DNA from: Octopus sinensis
Lineage: Eukaryota
Assembly (NCBI RefSeq): GCF_006345805.1
Contig: NW_021831976.1
Span: 1 to 34,342, forward strand
DNA: 34,342 nt
Direction of reading: 5' to 3'
Shown here: positions 1 to 11,149 of the stretch, one piece after another
Numbering within the stretch: the first letter of the stretch is position 1
Layout of the letters: every line of letters begins with the position of its first letter
Translations under genes and position numbers: made by a program
The notes under the pieces: model-generated
Databases searched by the model: none
What the model was told of the DNA's origin: nothing
The model's input: only the letters and a program-made list of their open reading frames with translations

Positions 1-31
1 CTATCTCTATCACTCACTCTCTCTCTCTCTT

Positions 32-68
<37 letters not shown>

Positions 69-242
69 ATATACGCATACAGATACATAGGTAGATAGAT
101 AGATAGATAGATAGATAGACAGATGCATACATGCATATATATAAACACATCTGCATATATACATGTGTGTATACGTATATATATGTGTGTGTGTGTGTGT
201 TTGTGTGTATATGAGAGTGTATATATGTGTGTATGCATATAT

Positions 243-310
<68 letters not shown>

Positions 311-312
311 AA
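1..312. repeat. Compound microsatellite (CT/TA/GATA/TG)
   Basis: Direct reading of dinucleotide and tetranucleotide runs. Similar tracts recur throughout the window and are not all listed. Confidence 0.95.
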
Positions 313-453
313 ACTGTTAAGGTTGTAATGTTTGTGAATGCATAAGTATATTTTTGTACTTTATTACTTAATACAGGCGGCTCCAATTAATGGCTACATT
401 TATTTTTGGGGATAACTGTAAGTGATACATTTGTACAAATATATTGAGCGTAC

Positions 454-487
<34 letters not shown>

Positions 488-601
488 TGGTGCATATAAA
501 TTGTGTATGTGTGTATGTGTGTGAGTATATTTGTGCGTGTGACTTCATGTGTACACACACATACACACACGCACAGAGTTATACACGCAGACACGAGCGC
601 A

Positions 602-748
602 TACAATAATAATAATAATGATGATGATAATAATAGTAATAATAATAATAATAATAATAACAATAATAATAATAACAATAATAATAATAATAATAATATA
701 ATAATAATAATAATATAATAATAATAATAATAATAATAATAGTAATAA
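602..748. repeat. (AAT)n trinucleotide microsatellite
   Basis: Long AAT run with a few GAT/AAC/AGT variants. Confidence 0.95.
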
Positions 749-1133
749 ATTATTTGTTTCTACTTCTTGCATTGAGAAGAACAGTAATATGTAATTTATT
801 TAATTCAAAGAAATTAATTTAATTATAATACCATGAATTTACATATTAATATCGCTGTTTGAAACGATCGTATGTATTAAAATTCTTTCAAATTTCAACA
901 TCTGTTCTCCATTTTAAAAAATTTTTTGAGTTCTATGGGATTCTTTTCCAAAACATTCTCATAACATACCATTTATAAGTAATACTTTCATATTCGCAGA
1001 AACTTAAGCCAATAAGCTACTAGCAAAATATGAAGAATCTTTGTTAGAAATCGCCTTTTTGGAACCCTCCAAAGGAAAGGATGAAATATAATTCAGTCTT
1101 TTCACATATATATATATATTTAAAAAATTTTAT

Positions 1134-1526
1134 TTAGTTTCAGCTTACAAGCTGTGGCCATACTGGGGCACCGCCATTTGGTGTTGCTACATGATTTTAC
1201 TTCACGAATGCTTTTTAATAAATGCCATCTGGTGCATGAGAGAGTTTGATGCAGCTGCCCTCATCTGCACCTCCTGCCGTGAAGTTGGTTCATCTGGGAC
1301 ACCTGACAAGAAGAGATCCAGTTTCATTTTAAAGACATCTGCATCCATCCCATGCAGGTCTCTTAGGTTCTTCGGGAGGATATTGAAGAGCTGTGGGCCT
1401 CTGAAGCCCAGGCTATCACAGTATCTTGTCCTACATGTTGATGGCAAATTTGGAGTCCTTGGCACTATGCAGTGGCGCCCAGTTCTGGCATTTGTGTAAC
1501 TCTCGATGCCAAAGTTTGGGACAAGT
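1134..1526 (-). mobile_element. 3' end of a CR1/L2-like LINE (ORF2 C-terminus plus 3' UTR)
   Basis: Minus ORF 1202-1465 reads RTRYCDSLGFRGPQLFNILPKNLR...FKMKLDLFLSGVPDEP, resembling CR1-group ORF2 ends. It is followed by the tail GGCGGTGCCCCAGTATGGCCACAG...CTGAAACTAAATAAA. Confidence 0.8.
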
Positions 1527-1560
1527 CCTTATATATATATATATATGTGTGAAAAGCCTG

Positions 1561-1611
<51 letters not shown>

Positions 1612-1616
1612 ACTCC

Positions 1617-1945
1617 AGGGTACTCATGTGGTTAGAGCGCCGAGCTTAAGATCGTGAGGTTGTGAGCTCGAATCCCGGACCGGTCTGCGTGTTGTGTTCT
1701 TGAGCAAGACACTTTATTTCACGTTGCTCCAGTTCACTCAGCTGTAGAAATGAGTTGCGACGTCACAGGTACCAAACTGTATCGGCTTTGCCTTTTCCTT
1801 GGATAACAATGGTGGCGTGGAGAGAGGAGGCCTGTATGTATGGGTGACTGCTGGTCTTCCATAAACCTTGACCGGACTTGTGCCTGGGAGGGTAACTTAA
1901 TAGGTGCAATCCCATGATCAGTGTCGTGACCGAAGGGGGTCTCAG
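1617..1945 (+). mobile_element. tRNA-derived SINE (type D)
   Basis: A-box-like TGGTTAGAGCG and B-box-like GCTCGAATCCC, then GTGTTCTTGAGCAAGACACTTT, a motif typical of SINE central domains. Confidence 0.75.
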
Positions 1946-2034
1946 AAACTTGAGAAGTATATATACTTATCTAAATATATATATATATTATATGTATCAC
2001 ACACACACAATATATATATATTATAATATATATA

Positions 2035-2076
<42 letters not shown>

Positions 2077-2477
2077 TTGCTGTTATTTTAAAATGTCGTA
2101 TGTCCAAAGTTGACTAAATGAGTTTTTGTTTTCAATATTTATTTTTGCTTGCAATAGCTGGTTCTTTTGGTCAAACTATCGTATATCCAGATGCTTCAGA
2201 TGCCAAGGTATCAAAAATTGTCAAAGTGTAGTACAACTGTTTAACATTTTACAATAGTGTAGTAAGTCCCACATACGACAGTTTTTCAAAGATATTTCTG
2301 ACTGAAAATATTATACATGCATGGAGTTATGATTTTATGCACCCAGCAAAGTATTATCGTTAAGATGAAACTGTTGCTAATGTAGAAAAAATTGAATAGT
2401 GAAGCTATTTTTACGTTTTCTGAAAAGGCCACCTTTTGGACTTACGATACTTTTGCATAATAGCTACGATATATATA

Positions 2478-2660
2478 TTGCTTCTTTTCAGTCATTGGAC
2501 TGCAGCTATGTTGAAGACCCGCTTTGAAGAGTTTAGTCGAACAAGTCGTCCCAATACCAGTTTTTTTAAATCAACTGTTTATCATATCGGTCGTCTTCGC
2601 CGGACCGCTACGTTGTGGTGACGTAAACAACTGAAATGGTGAGGTGATGGATACACAAAT
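2478..2660 (-). mobile_element. 3' half of SINE type A, degenerate
   Basis: Reverse complement aligns with the body and tail of the copies at 17347 and 20290 (gtttacgtc...tagcggt.cggc.aa; gactaaa...atggc..cagtc.aatgactgaaa). Confidence 0.65.
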
Positions 2661-2714
2661 ACAAGCATGCACATACATATACATAGATATACACATATGT
2701 GTGGTTATATATAT

Positions 2715-2765
<51 letters not shown>

Positions 2766-2776
2766 ACATATATATA

Positions 2777-3270
2777 TACGGGTTGGTCCAAAAGTAGGTT
2801 TACAGTTATTCAACAATCTGTTTCACATTCCTATATTAAGCTGTTTAGGCTGTAGAAGAAGACACTTCCTCAAGTTTCCACGCAGTGGCACTGAACGCGA
2901 AACCATGTGGTTGGGAAGCAAACTTCTTATCACAGAGCCACGCCTAAGCTTGGCAGCTATCTCTAGCAAACCGTTCAACCACATATACGTTTCCTCATTG
3001 GCTCTTAAAATCTCCCAAGTTTATTGAAATGGTAATATCGTAGACGGCAACATCCTACAATAGATAAATAGATTTGCCATTTTCGAGTGCAACTAATTCT
3101 TTCGACCAGCGTAGAATCCTGTAGACTTTAGATATGGGAATAGTCCAGACGACATTGGTCTTTCATTCCGAAGCCGCTTTACCATTTTCGGATGCAACAG
3201 ATTGTTCCAAACGATAACAGAGTCTGAAGAGATATTAATCGCGAGACTGATTAATAATTCATAACAGATG
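2777..3270 (-). mobile_element. Possible Tc1/mariner 3' remnant interrupted by a SINE head
   Basis: The minus-strand end aacctacttttggaccaacccgTA resembles mariner-type TIR ends. Upstream coding traces are very degenerate. Confidence 0.35.
2847..2948 (-). mobile_element. tRNA-like head of SINE type A
   Basis: Reverse complement taggcgtggctctgtgataagaagtttgcttcccaaccacatggtttcgcgttcagtgccactgcgtgg matches the head at 3573. Confidence 0.75.
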
Positions 3271-3572
3271 ATGAATGATATTTCATACTACAATATACCT
3301 AGATATTAGACAGAGTTATGCGTACATATACTCACATACATATCAACACATATACACAACATACACACACATACACATACATGCATGCATACTTGCGTAC
3401 ACACACACACATATACATACATATATTTCCAGTATTCCCAAACACATTCTAAAGATAAAAATTGTACACACACACACACACACACAAACGTACGCATGCG
3501 CACACGAACACGCATACACAGACGTACGAACGCACACACATATATACATGCAAATATTATACATATATATAT

Positions 3573-3925
3573 AGGCGCAGGAGTGGCTGTGTGGTAAGTA
3601 GCTTGATACCAACCACATGGCTCCGAGTTCAGTTCACTGCGTGGCACCTTGGGCAAGTATCTTCTACTATAGCCTCGAGCAAACCAAAGCCTTGTGAGTG
3701 GATTTGGTAGACGGAAACTGAAAGAAGCCTGACGTTTATGTGTGTATGTTTGTCCCCCCAACATCGCTTGACAACCGATGCTGATGTGTATTATTGTGGC
3801 GGAAGCTTTGTTTATTAAATTTTGAATTTGAATAAGTTCTAGGGTCGATTTGTTCCACTAAAGGCGGTGCTCCAGCATGGCTGCAGTTAAATTACTGAAA
3901 CACAGGTATAAAAGAATAAAAGAAT
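3573..3925 (+). mobile_element. SINE type A (tRNA head, internal TG tract, LINE-like tail)
   Basis: Head ggcgcaggagtggctgtgtggtaag...gagttcagttcactgcgtggcaccttgggcaag; tail ggcggtgctccagcatggctgcag...(aaagaat)n. Homologous copies at 17347 and 20290. Confidence 0.85.
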
Positions 3926-4332
3926 ATATATATATTATATTCATATGAGTGTATATATACATATATATATATAAATAAATTGAGATAGGGGTTGTAAATG
4001 CAACCCTCCATGTAATCTATACTTATATTTTTATTTACTTATATTTATATTTATATTTACTTATATTTATATTTATATTCTCTTTTATATATATTCTACT
4101 TATTATACAACATTACTCTTTTATGTACACTTTTTTATGTACATTCCTTTATGTACACTGATTTGTTCTGCTTTTTATATTTAACCCTACAGTCTCTTAT
4201 GTGGTGGTTTAATAAAGTATGTGATTGAGTATTATCTGGTAATTGATATTTGATTTGAGTATTTCTCCATTTTCTTATCTTGTATATATATATATATAGA
4301 TGTGTGTATGTATATATATAATAATATATATA

Positions 4333-4375
<43 letters not shown>

Positions 4376-5242
4376 CATATTATATATATATATCTATCAT
4401 ATACACACACATACATATATATAAGTTTTACTTATATATACACATCTATAGATAGATAGATGGGTAAACAGGTGTGTGCACTTTATTTCACATAAAGGCA
4501 TTGCACCATTTACCTGTTGAAATATTGTGTACTCTCAGCAATTTTGCGTGAAATATACTGCAAGAGTAAACCTAGTTACTATCGAGACAAATATTCAAGG
4601 GTGATCTCGAATTTTACTGCAAAAGTGAAAAGACAAGAAGCTCTCCTTGCTAGCGTCTGTTAGAATTTCCGCTGAGGTATTGTAATACAGATTAATATTG
4701 ACAGATATGTCGTGCTTGTAATAAAGAGAGGATATTGGATATAGTTTGAAGATATCACACTTAGAGATAATAAGGCAATAATATGACTGAAATTAACTGA
4801 GAGATATCCTATTATTATGCTGTAGATCAGGACGATGAGCTGAAATAGAAGAAAATAGGAGATAAATTTGCTGAACAATGTAAGATGTTCAAAAAAGCAG
4901 AAAGATCATTCGGACAAAATATAATGGAGGAAGCAGCAAACAAGGAACCAGCTCTTGGACAATGCTTATTCTGAAATATTCTGCTGATGGGTCATGAGTT
5001 TTGGTAGAGCTATTTTGGCGTCCCCCAATTGGCGTCACTGATTCGACGCTGACTTACTTGACATCAGATGTTTTAATCTTTCTCTCGTTCTTTCTCTCCC
5101 GTCCTTTCCTTCTATTTATGCATGTCACCATATTTCCCTATATGCTTTAAAGGAGAGAAGTGTTTATGTTAACCGTGTTCCGTTAATGAATTGTGACGTT
5201 TTTCTCTCCCTCTCTCCTCCTCTTCCTCTTCCTCCTCCCATC

Positions 5243-5480
5243 TCGAATACAAGCGGCTGAAATGGGGCTCCGCCGAAGAATCTCTGAAGTGACGTTTCTC
5301 GTCAACATAGGTAGCTCTGATATCAGGGTGTCTTTCCAGGTCGAGCCGTTACTTCTCTGCATCGAGGCATCACAGCTTCGGTACTCACAGACATGAGATT
5401 AAAATGTCGCAGGAATGAATGGCAAGATGGATTATTCAGGTTGAGTTGACCGACAGGGGACATAGTGAAAGACCAAGAAT
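5243..5480 (+). mobile_element. RTE-clade LINE fragment (RT C-terminal region), degenerate
   Basis: SRIQAAEMGLRRRISEVTFLVNIGSSDIR...VEPLLLCIEASQLR resembles the RTE/Rex3-type motif SRIQAAEMxFLRR...VEPLLLxIERSQLRW. Confidence 0.75.
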
Positions 5481-5827
5481 AAAATGGTTAAATAATATTC
5501 ATAATATCCTTTGGTCCTGATTGGTAATAAAACTAGAAAGTCTGATACTGGTTGCTTCTGATATGGCATAAAGAAGGAGGTGCATGGGGGCTCGCCACCC
5601 TCACGAAAATCCCAGGAATACTGAAAGGAGAATAGGGATGGGTGAATGGATGGATAGAACCAAGATACCTCCTAATCGTTATTGATGGACGAGAGTAAAA
5701 TTCCAAGATGGAATAAACTCGTTGATACACTCTGTTAAGAAATGTTAAGGAAAGCGTATACATTCAACCAGGACATTCAATAGGGAAGCTCAGAAGAAAA
5801 GGAAAGTAAGAAGACAGTAATGAAAAT

Positions 5828-5985
5828 GAGTTAGCTTATCGCATACGCTTCGCAACCACGTGGTTTCACGTTCAGCCTCTTTGCGAGGTTAACTTGGGCA
5901 AATGTTTTCTATTACACCTGCGAACAGATCGATGCCTTGTAAGAGAATTTGGTAGATGGAAACTGCGTGGAAGCTCATTGTGAGT
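5828..5985 (+). mobile_element. Degenerate 5' part of SINE type A
   Basis: caaccacgtggtttcacgttcag...ttgggcaaatg...gccttgtaagagaatttggtagatggaaactg matches 3610-3725. Confidence 0.65.
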
Positions 5986-5987
5986 GT

Positions 5988-6018
<31 letters not shown>

Positions 6019-6416
6019 AACGTGAGTATGTATGTATACATATATGCATGTGTGTGTGTGTGTATATATAAACGTTTGTATGTAAGTGTATATGTATATA
6101 TTATAAGTAGATTTATACGTATACATGTATCTATATATACGTGTATATGTGTGTCTGTATTTATGTATGTATATATATGTGTGTTTGCGTATATATATAT
6201 ATATGTATATGCGTGTGTGCTCGCACGCACCAAGGACTCTCCGTCGTTAGACGACGGATCAAGGATCTGTAATTTCTTTCTAATCGACCCCACAGAGGAT
6301 TTGCTTATCGTGATCAAATGTTTGTGTTGCACATACGCTCACTGCCTTCATCACGTCAACATTAAATGTACAAATGCACAAGTGAGCCACAAACCAGATA
6401 CCGAAATGATCGCACA

Positions 6417-6493
<77 letters not shown>
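6417..6493. repeat. (CTA)n microsatellite
   Basis: Uninterrupted CTA run. Confidence 0.95.
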
Positions 6494-6946
6494 CTATCTA
6501 CCTATTAGGCAATTTGCTTGTTCGTTTGTCCATTGCAAACTAGTTAGAGGGGTGGAGGTGGAGTGAGTTAGAGGTGGGGGTGAAGTGAGTGAGAGAGAGA
6601 GGGAAGAAAGAAGAGAAGAAGTAGAGAAAGGTGATTAATATTAATACACTTAGGCCGAATGGTTATGTGGCCAGCTAAAGGTAGATGTTCAGAACTAGAG
6701 AAAAAGGCGACGAGAAAAAGAGGGAGAGAAAAAGAGGGAGAAAGAAGTGTTGTTAACGACGTGCAGTGGGGTGGTGAAGGAATACTTATTACGTGGTTAA
6801 AAATGTTGCTGAAGGGAAAGGTAGATAGAGAGAGATGGACAGATGAGGCAGTTATATTGAGAGAGGAGGGCAGATAGCGACGGTGGTGGTGGTAGTGGTG
6901 GCGGTGGTGGTGTGTCGATAGTGAAAAGTATTTTTTTATAGCAACC

Positions 6947-7023
6947 ATGGATAGATAGATGGATGGATGGATGGTTGGATGCATGGATGGATGGATGAAC
7001 GGACGGATATATAGACAAAAGAT

Positions 7024-7111
<88 letters not shown>

Positions 7112-7150
7112 AGAAACCGGCAAACGGTTAGATAGATAAATGGATGGATG
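6947..7150. repeat. (GATG)n/(GATA)n microsatellite
   Basis: Direct reading. Confidence 0.95.
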
Positions 7151-7416
7151 GATACGGGAAATGGGTATATATATGTGTGTATATGTATATATAGATATAT
7201 GGATATATGGATATATTTGTGTGTATACACACCAATATGCACATGAACATAATATATATATAAATGTATATATATATTTATATATATATATTTATATATA
7301 TATATATATTTGTATATATGCATACATGTATATGCGTGTATATATGTCTATATGTATGTGCGTGTGTGAGTATGTGTGTATGATTGTGTGACTATGTATG
7401 TACGAATGTGTGTGTG

Positions 7417-7447
<31 letters not shown>

Positions 7448-7774
7448 AAAGAGACGCCAAAAGAAAATTAGTGGAAATTGGGAACCAATTGCGGTTTATT
7501 AACTTTAATAAACGCACAGCTAATAAATTACTTTATGATAATATATCTAAATATATACACGCTAATAATATTCCTGTGATTAAACATGCAGCAACTGGAA
7601 TTACATATTATATTCTTGCTCCCCGTCTTCCTTATATTTGCATGTCCAAGTAATTACCTTTCGAGAAATAATTGCTAAGAAACTTAAACACACAAACACA
7701 TACATATACATGTAGATGACATACACACGCATATATATACACATATAAATGCATATGTATATTTACATACATAC

Positions 7775-7829
<55 letters not shown>

Positions 7830-8073
7830 CACATATATATATGGTATATACTCATACATATAAATTTAGATACATATATACCTACCTACATACATACCAT
7901 CAAACAGCCAAATGCTTCCAGAGAATGTACTTATAATCACGTGTGTTTATGCGGGAGATGACTGCATACTTATGTACGTATATATACACCTAGACACACT
8001 TAAATACATACACACACACTTACAAACTAACACACATTATGAATGCGTGATGCATGTATGCATGTACATATAA

Positions 8074-8105
<32 letters not shown>

Positions 8106-8432
8106 AAAGAGACGCCAAAAGAAAATTAGTGGAAATTGGGAACCAATTGCGGTTTATTAACTTTAATAAACGCACAGCTAATAAATTACTTTATGATAAT
8201 ATATCTAAATATATACACGCTAATAATATTCCTGTGATTAAACATGCAGCAACTGGAATTACATATTATATTCTTGCTCCCCGTCTTCCTTATATTTGCA
8301 TGTCCAAGTAATTACCTTTCGAGAAATAATTGCTAAGAAACTTAAACACACAAACACATACATATACATGTAGATGACATACACACGCATATATATACAC
8401 ATATAAATGCATATGTATATTTACATACATAC

Positions 8433-8471
<39 letters not shown>

Positions 8472-8742
8472 CACATATATATATATGGTATATACTCATA
8501 CATATAAATTTAGATACATATATACCTACCTACATACATACCATCAAACAGCCAAATGCTTCCAGAGAATGTACTTATAATCACGTGTGTTTATGCGGGA
8601 GATGACTGCATACTTATGTACGTATATATACACCTAGACACACTTAAATACATACACACACACTTACAAACTAACACACATTATGAATGCGTGATGCATG
8701 TATGCATGTACATATAAATATATATATGTGTGTGTGTGTGTA
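7448..8742 (+). repeat. Two-copy tandem duplication, start-to-start 658 bp
   Basis: aaagagacgccaaaag starts at 7448 and 8106. ORFs 7471 and 8129 translate identically. Copies are bounded by (TG)n tracts. Confidence 0.95.
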
Positions 8743-8944
8743 TGTAAATATATATATGTATGTGTATATATATAAGCAAAGACTTTAGATTCAGATGAAT
8801 ATGGTACTTAAGTTGAGGCGCACCAGAATTTAGTACGATATTATCCATACAACTTCAAAATAAGGTGATCAAAATCAAAATAAGCAACAAGGATATCCTT
8901 GTTATTTATTTTGGTATATAGATATATAGACATATAGATACTGC

Positions 8945-9881
8945 TGTCAGTATCAACAGAGTATGAGGCGAAGGGTACACAAGTGATCGCAGAGTACGAA
9001 GGTGGTTTCAGAAATTCAGTAGTGGTGACGAGAGCCTTGAAGTTGAAGAATGTAGAGGACGGTCATGCAGTCTTCACAATGAACAATTGTAAGCAGTTGT
9101 TGAACAAAATTTACGTCAAAGTGTCAGAGAAATGTCTCAGGCACTTTTTATCAGTATTACCAACGGTCTAACGCAATTTGCAGAAGATTGGTAAGGTGAA
9201 AAAGTTCGATAAATGGGTACCACATGAGCTCAATAAAAGTCAAAATATTCGGCGTTGGAAGTGTGCTCGATGCTCTTTCTGCGAAACACCAATGATCATT
9301 TTCCTGATCGAATAGTCACTTATGACGAAAAGTGGATCCTTTATGATAACGGTAAACGATCAGGTCAATGGCTTGATCGTAATGAGTACCCCAAATATTT
9401 CCCAAATCCAAAGCCAAAGTTGCATCAGCAAAATATTATAGTGACTGTCTGGTGGTCTGCAATTGGTGTTGTACATTACATCTTTCTGGAAGCCAGAGGT
9501 TTAGTGCAATCAGCTCGCTGAAATGCATGCTCACTTGCAAAAACTGGAACCTGCGTTGGTGAATCGGCATGACCTAGTTCTGCTCCACGATAACGCAAGC
9601 CACATATTGCAAGAATTACGCTGCAGAAACTCACAGTCCTGGAATACGAAACTTTACCACATCCTCCATATTCTCCTGATCTTTCACCCAATGACTACCA
9701 TTATTAAAAGCATTTAAACACCTTTTTAAGTGATAAAACTTTCAGGTCCAAATCAGAGGTGGAATCAGCTTTCAAAGATTTCTTAGGATCAAAGCCAATA
9801 AGGTTTTATCAACGAGGCTTAAATAATCTCATTGATCGATGGCAGAGATGCATAGATGTCCACGGCTCATACATTGACTAA
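8945..9881 (+). pseudogene. Mariner (D,D34D) transposase, frameshifted and stop-interrupted
   Basis: HTH-region VRRWFQKFSSGDESLE, linker WVPHEL, first D in RIVTYDEKW, second D in LLHDNA (9589). After restoring a 1-bp deletion there are exactly 34 residues to the D of YSPDLSPND. Ends ...DVHGSYID* at 9879-9881. Confidence 0.92.
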
Positions 9882-9949
9882 TCAAAACATTTCTATTGTT
9901 AACTTTTCCAGAATAAAATTACGTTTCTGAAATCGGAACAACATAATCA

Positions 9950-10340
9950 TTAGAAGATCTTGCATGGGATGGCACCAAACTTTGCATCGAGAGCTATACC
10001 AGCCTCAAACTGGACTTCACTAAACTGTTCCAAAGGTCCCAACTATCCCGTCTAGAGCTAGGACCTTGTACTGTAATAGCCTAGAGTTCACGGGCCCACC
10101 TTTATCTAACACTGACAAAACATCTGATTTACGTGCATTTGTGGTGAAACAACTTGACCTCCTGCCGTTCGAGTTCCCTGATGAAGCAACATCACGGCAA
10201 GAAACTCAAAAGATGGCAGCAATATCGAAACTCCTTTTTTCACCAAAAGGCAATCACAGAAGAATGGCCATTGAAAAGGTGATAGAACTGATAGTGCCAT
10301 GACATAGCGACATCCTTTGGGCTGAAACGCATAAAATAAT
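9950..10340 (+). mobile_element. CR1/L2-like LINE 3' coding remnant, related to the 1134-1526 copy
   Basis: LYCNSLEFTGPPL...QLDLLPFEFPDEATSRQETQKMAA aligns with YCDSLGFRGPQL...KLDLFLSGVPDEPTSRQEVQMRAA. Confidence 0.75.
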
Positions 10341-11149
10341 TAAAGAATAAGTCTGTATCTCCAAGAGTGAGCTGAAGCTAAGCAACAGAAACACCAACAG
10401 CACCCATTCCAAGAAATTTTAGAACCCGAAATTATTCATCTGCGAAAGGTAGGCAGCCATGTAACAGAAAAAATATATTTATTCTAAACATCGATGTAAC
10501 TAATAGAATTTCAAAAAAGTATATTTATTATTGTGCCGGAAGCTTTGTTTATTAAATTTTGAATGTGAATAAATTTAAATTCTATCTATTTTTTAAACCG
10601 GAATTGAATATATTGTTTTATTTCTTCAACGCAAACGAAAATTTTTTCATAAACAAAAATTATTAATCGTGCTTCCATTTTTCCTTCATTTATCAGATTT
10701 TCGCATGTACACAACACACACACACGCACACACATACACACACATACACACATACACACAAGCACACATACGTACATATACATATATATGTGTACTTATA
10801 TATACAGCTGTATATGTACATGTGCCTTTTTATATACTTACATACATATTCACAATGTGTATACGAGTGTGTGTATGTGCACATACATACATGTATACAT
10901 ATATGTATATGTATACATATATATATTTATATATGTATACGCATTTGTGCGTATCTATACATATATGTATATATACATATATATATAATGTATGTTTGTA
11001 CATTGAAAAAGAGAGGACGCATTTTTCTCTAAGACAAAGAATTTGATTTTAGAAAGCTTTTACAGCTGTTTCTAATTTAGGTTCTACGTCACGTGATAGA
11101 ACTCGGATAAATTTCGATTTGTCGATCGAATATTTATCTTAACGAAAAA

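Noticed and set aside
4500-5000. Possible very old RTE-like coding remnant
   Set aside because: Too many stops; motif similarity is not convincing by eye.
7471-8311. Duplicated 60-aa ORF MEIGNQLRF...
   Set aside because: GTG start, short, no recognisable motif; it recurs only because of the duplication.
11061-11100. GAAAC-AGCT-GTA on the minus strand (HHR stem III-like)
   Set aside because: No CUGANGA core or stem II at the proper spacing.
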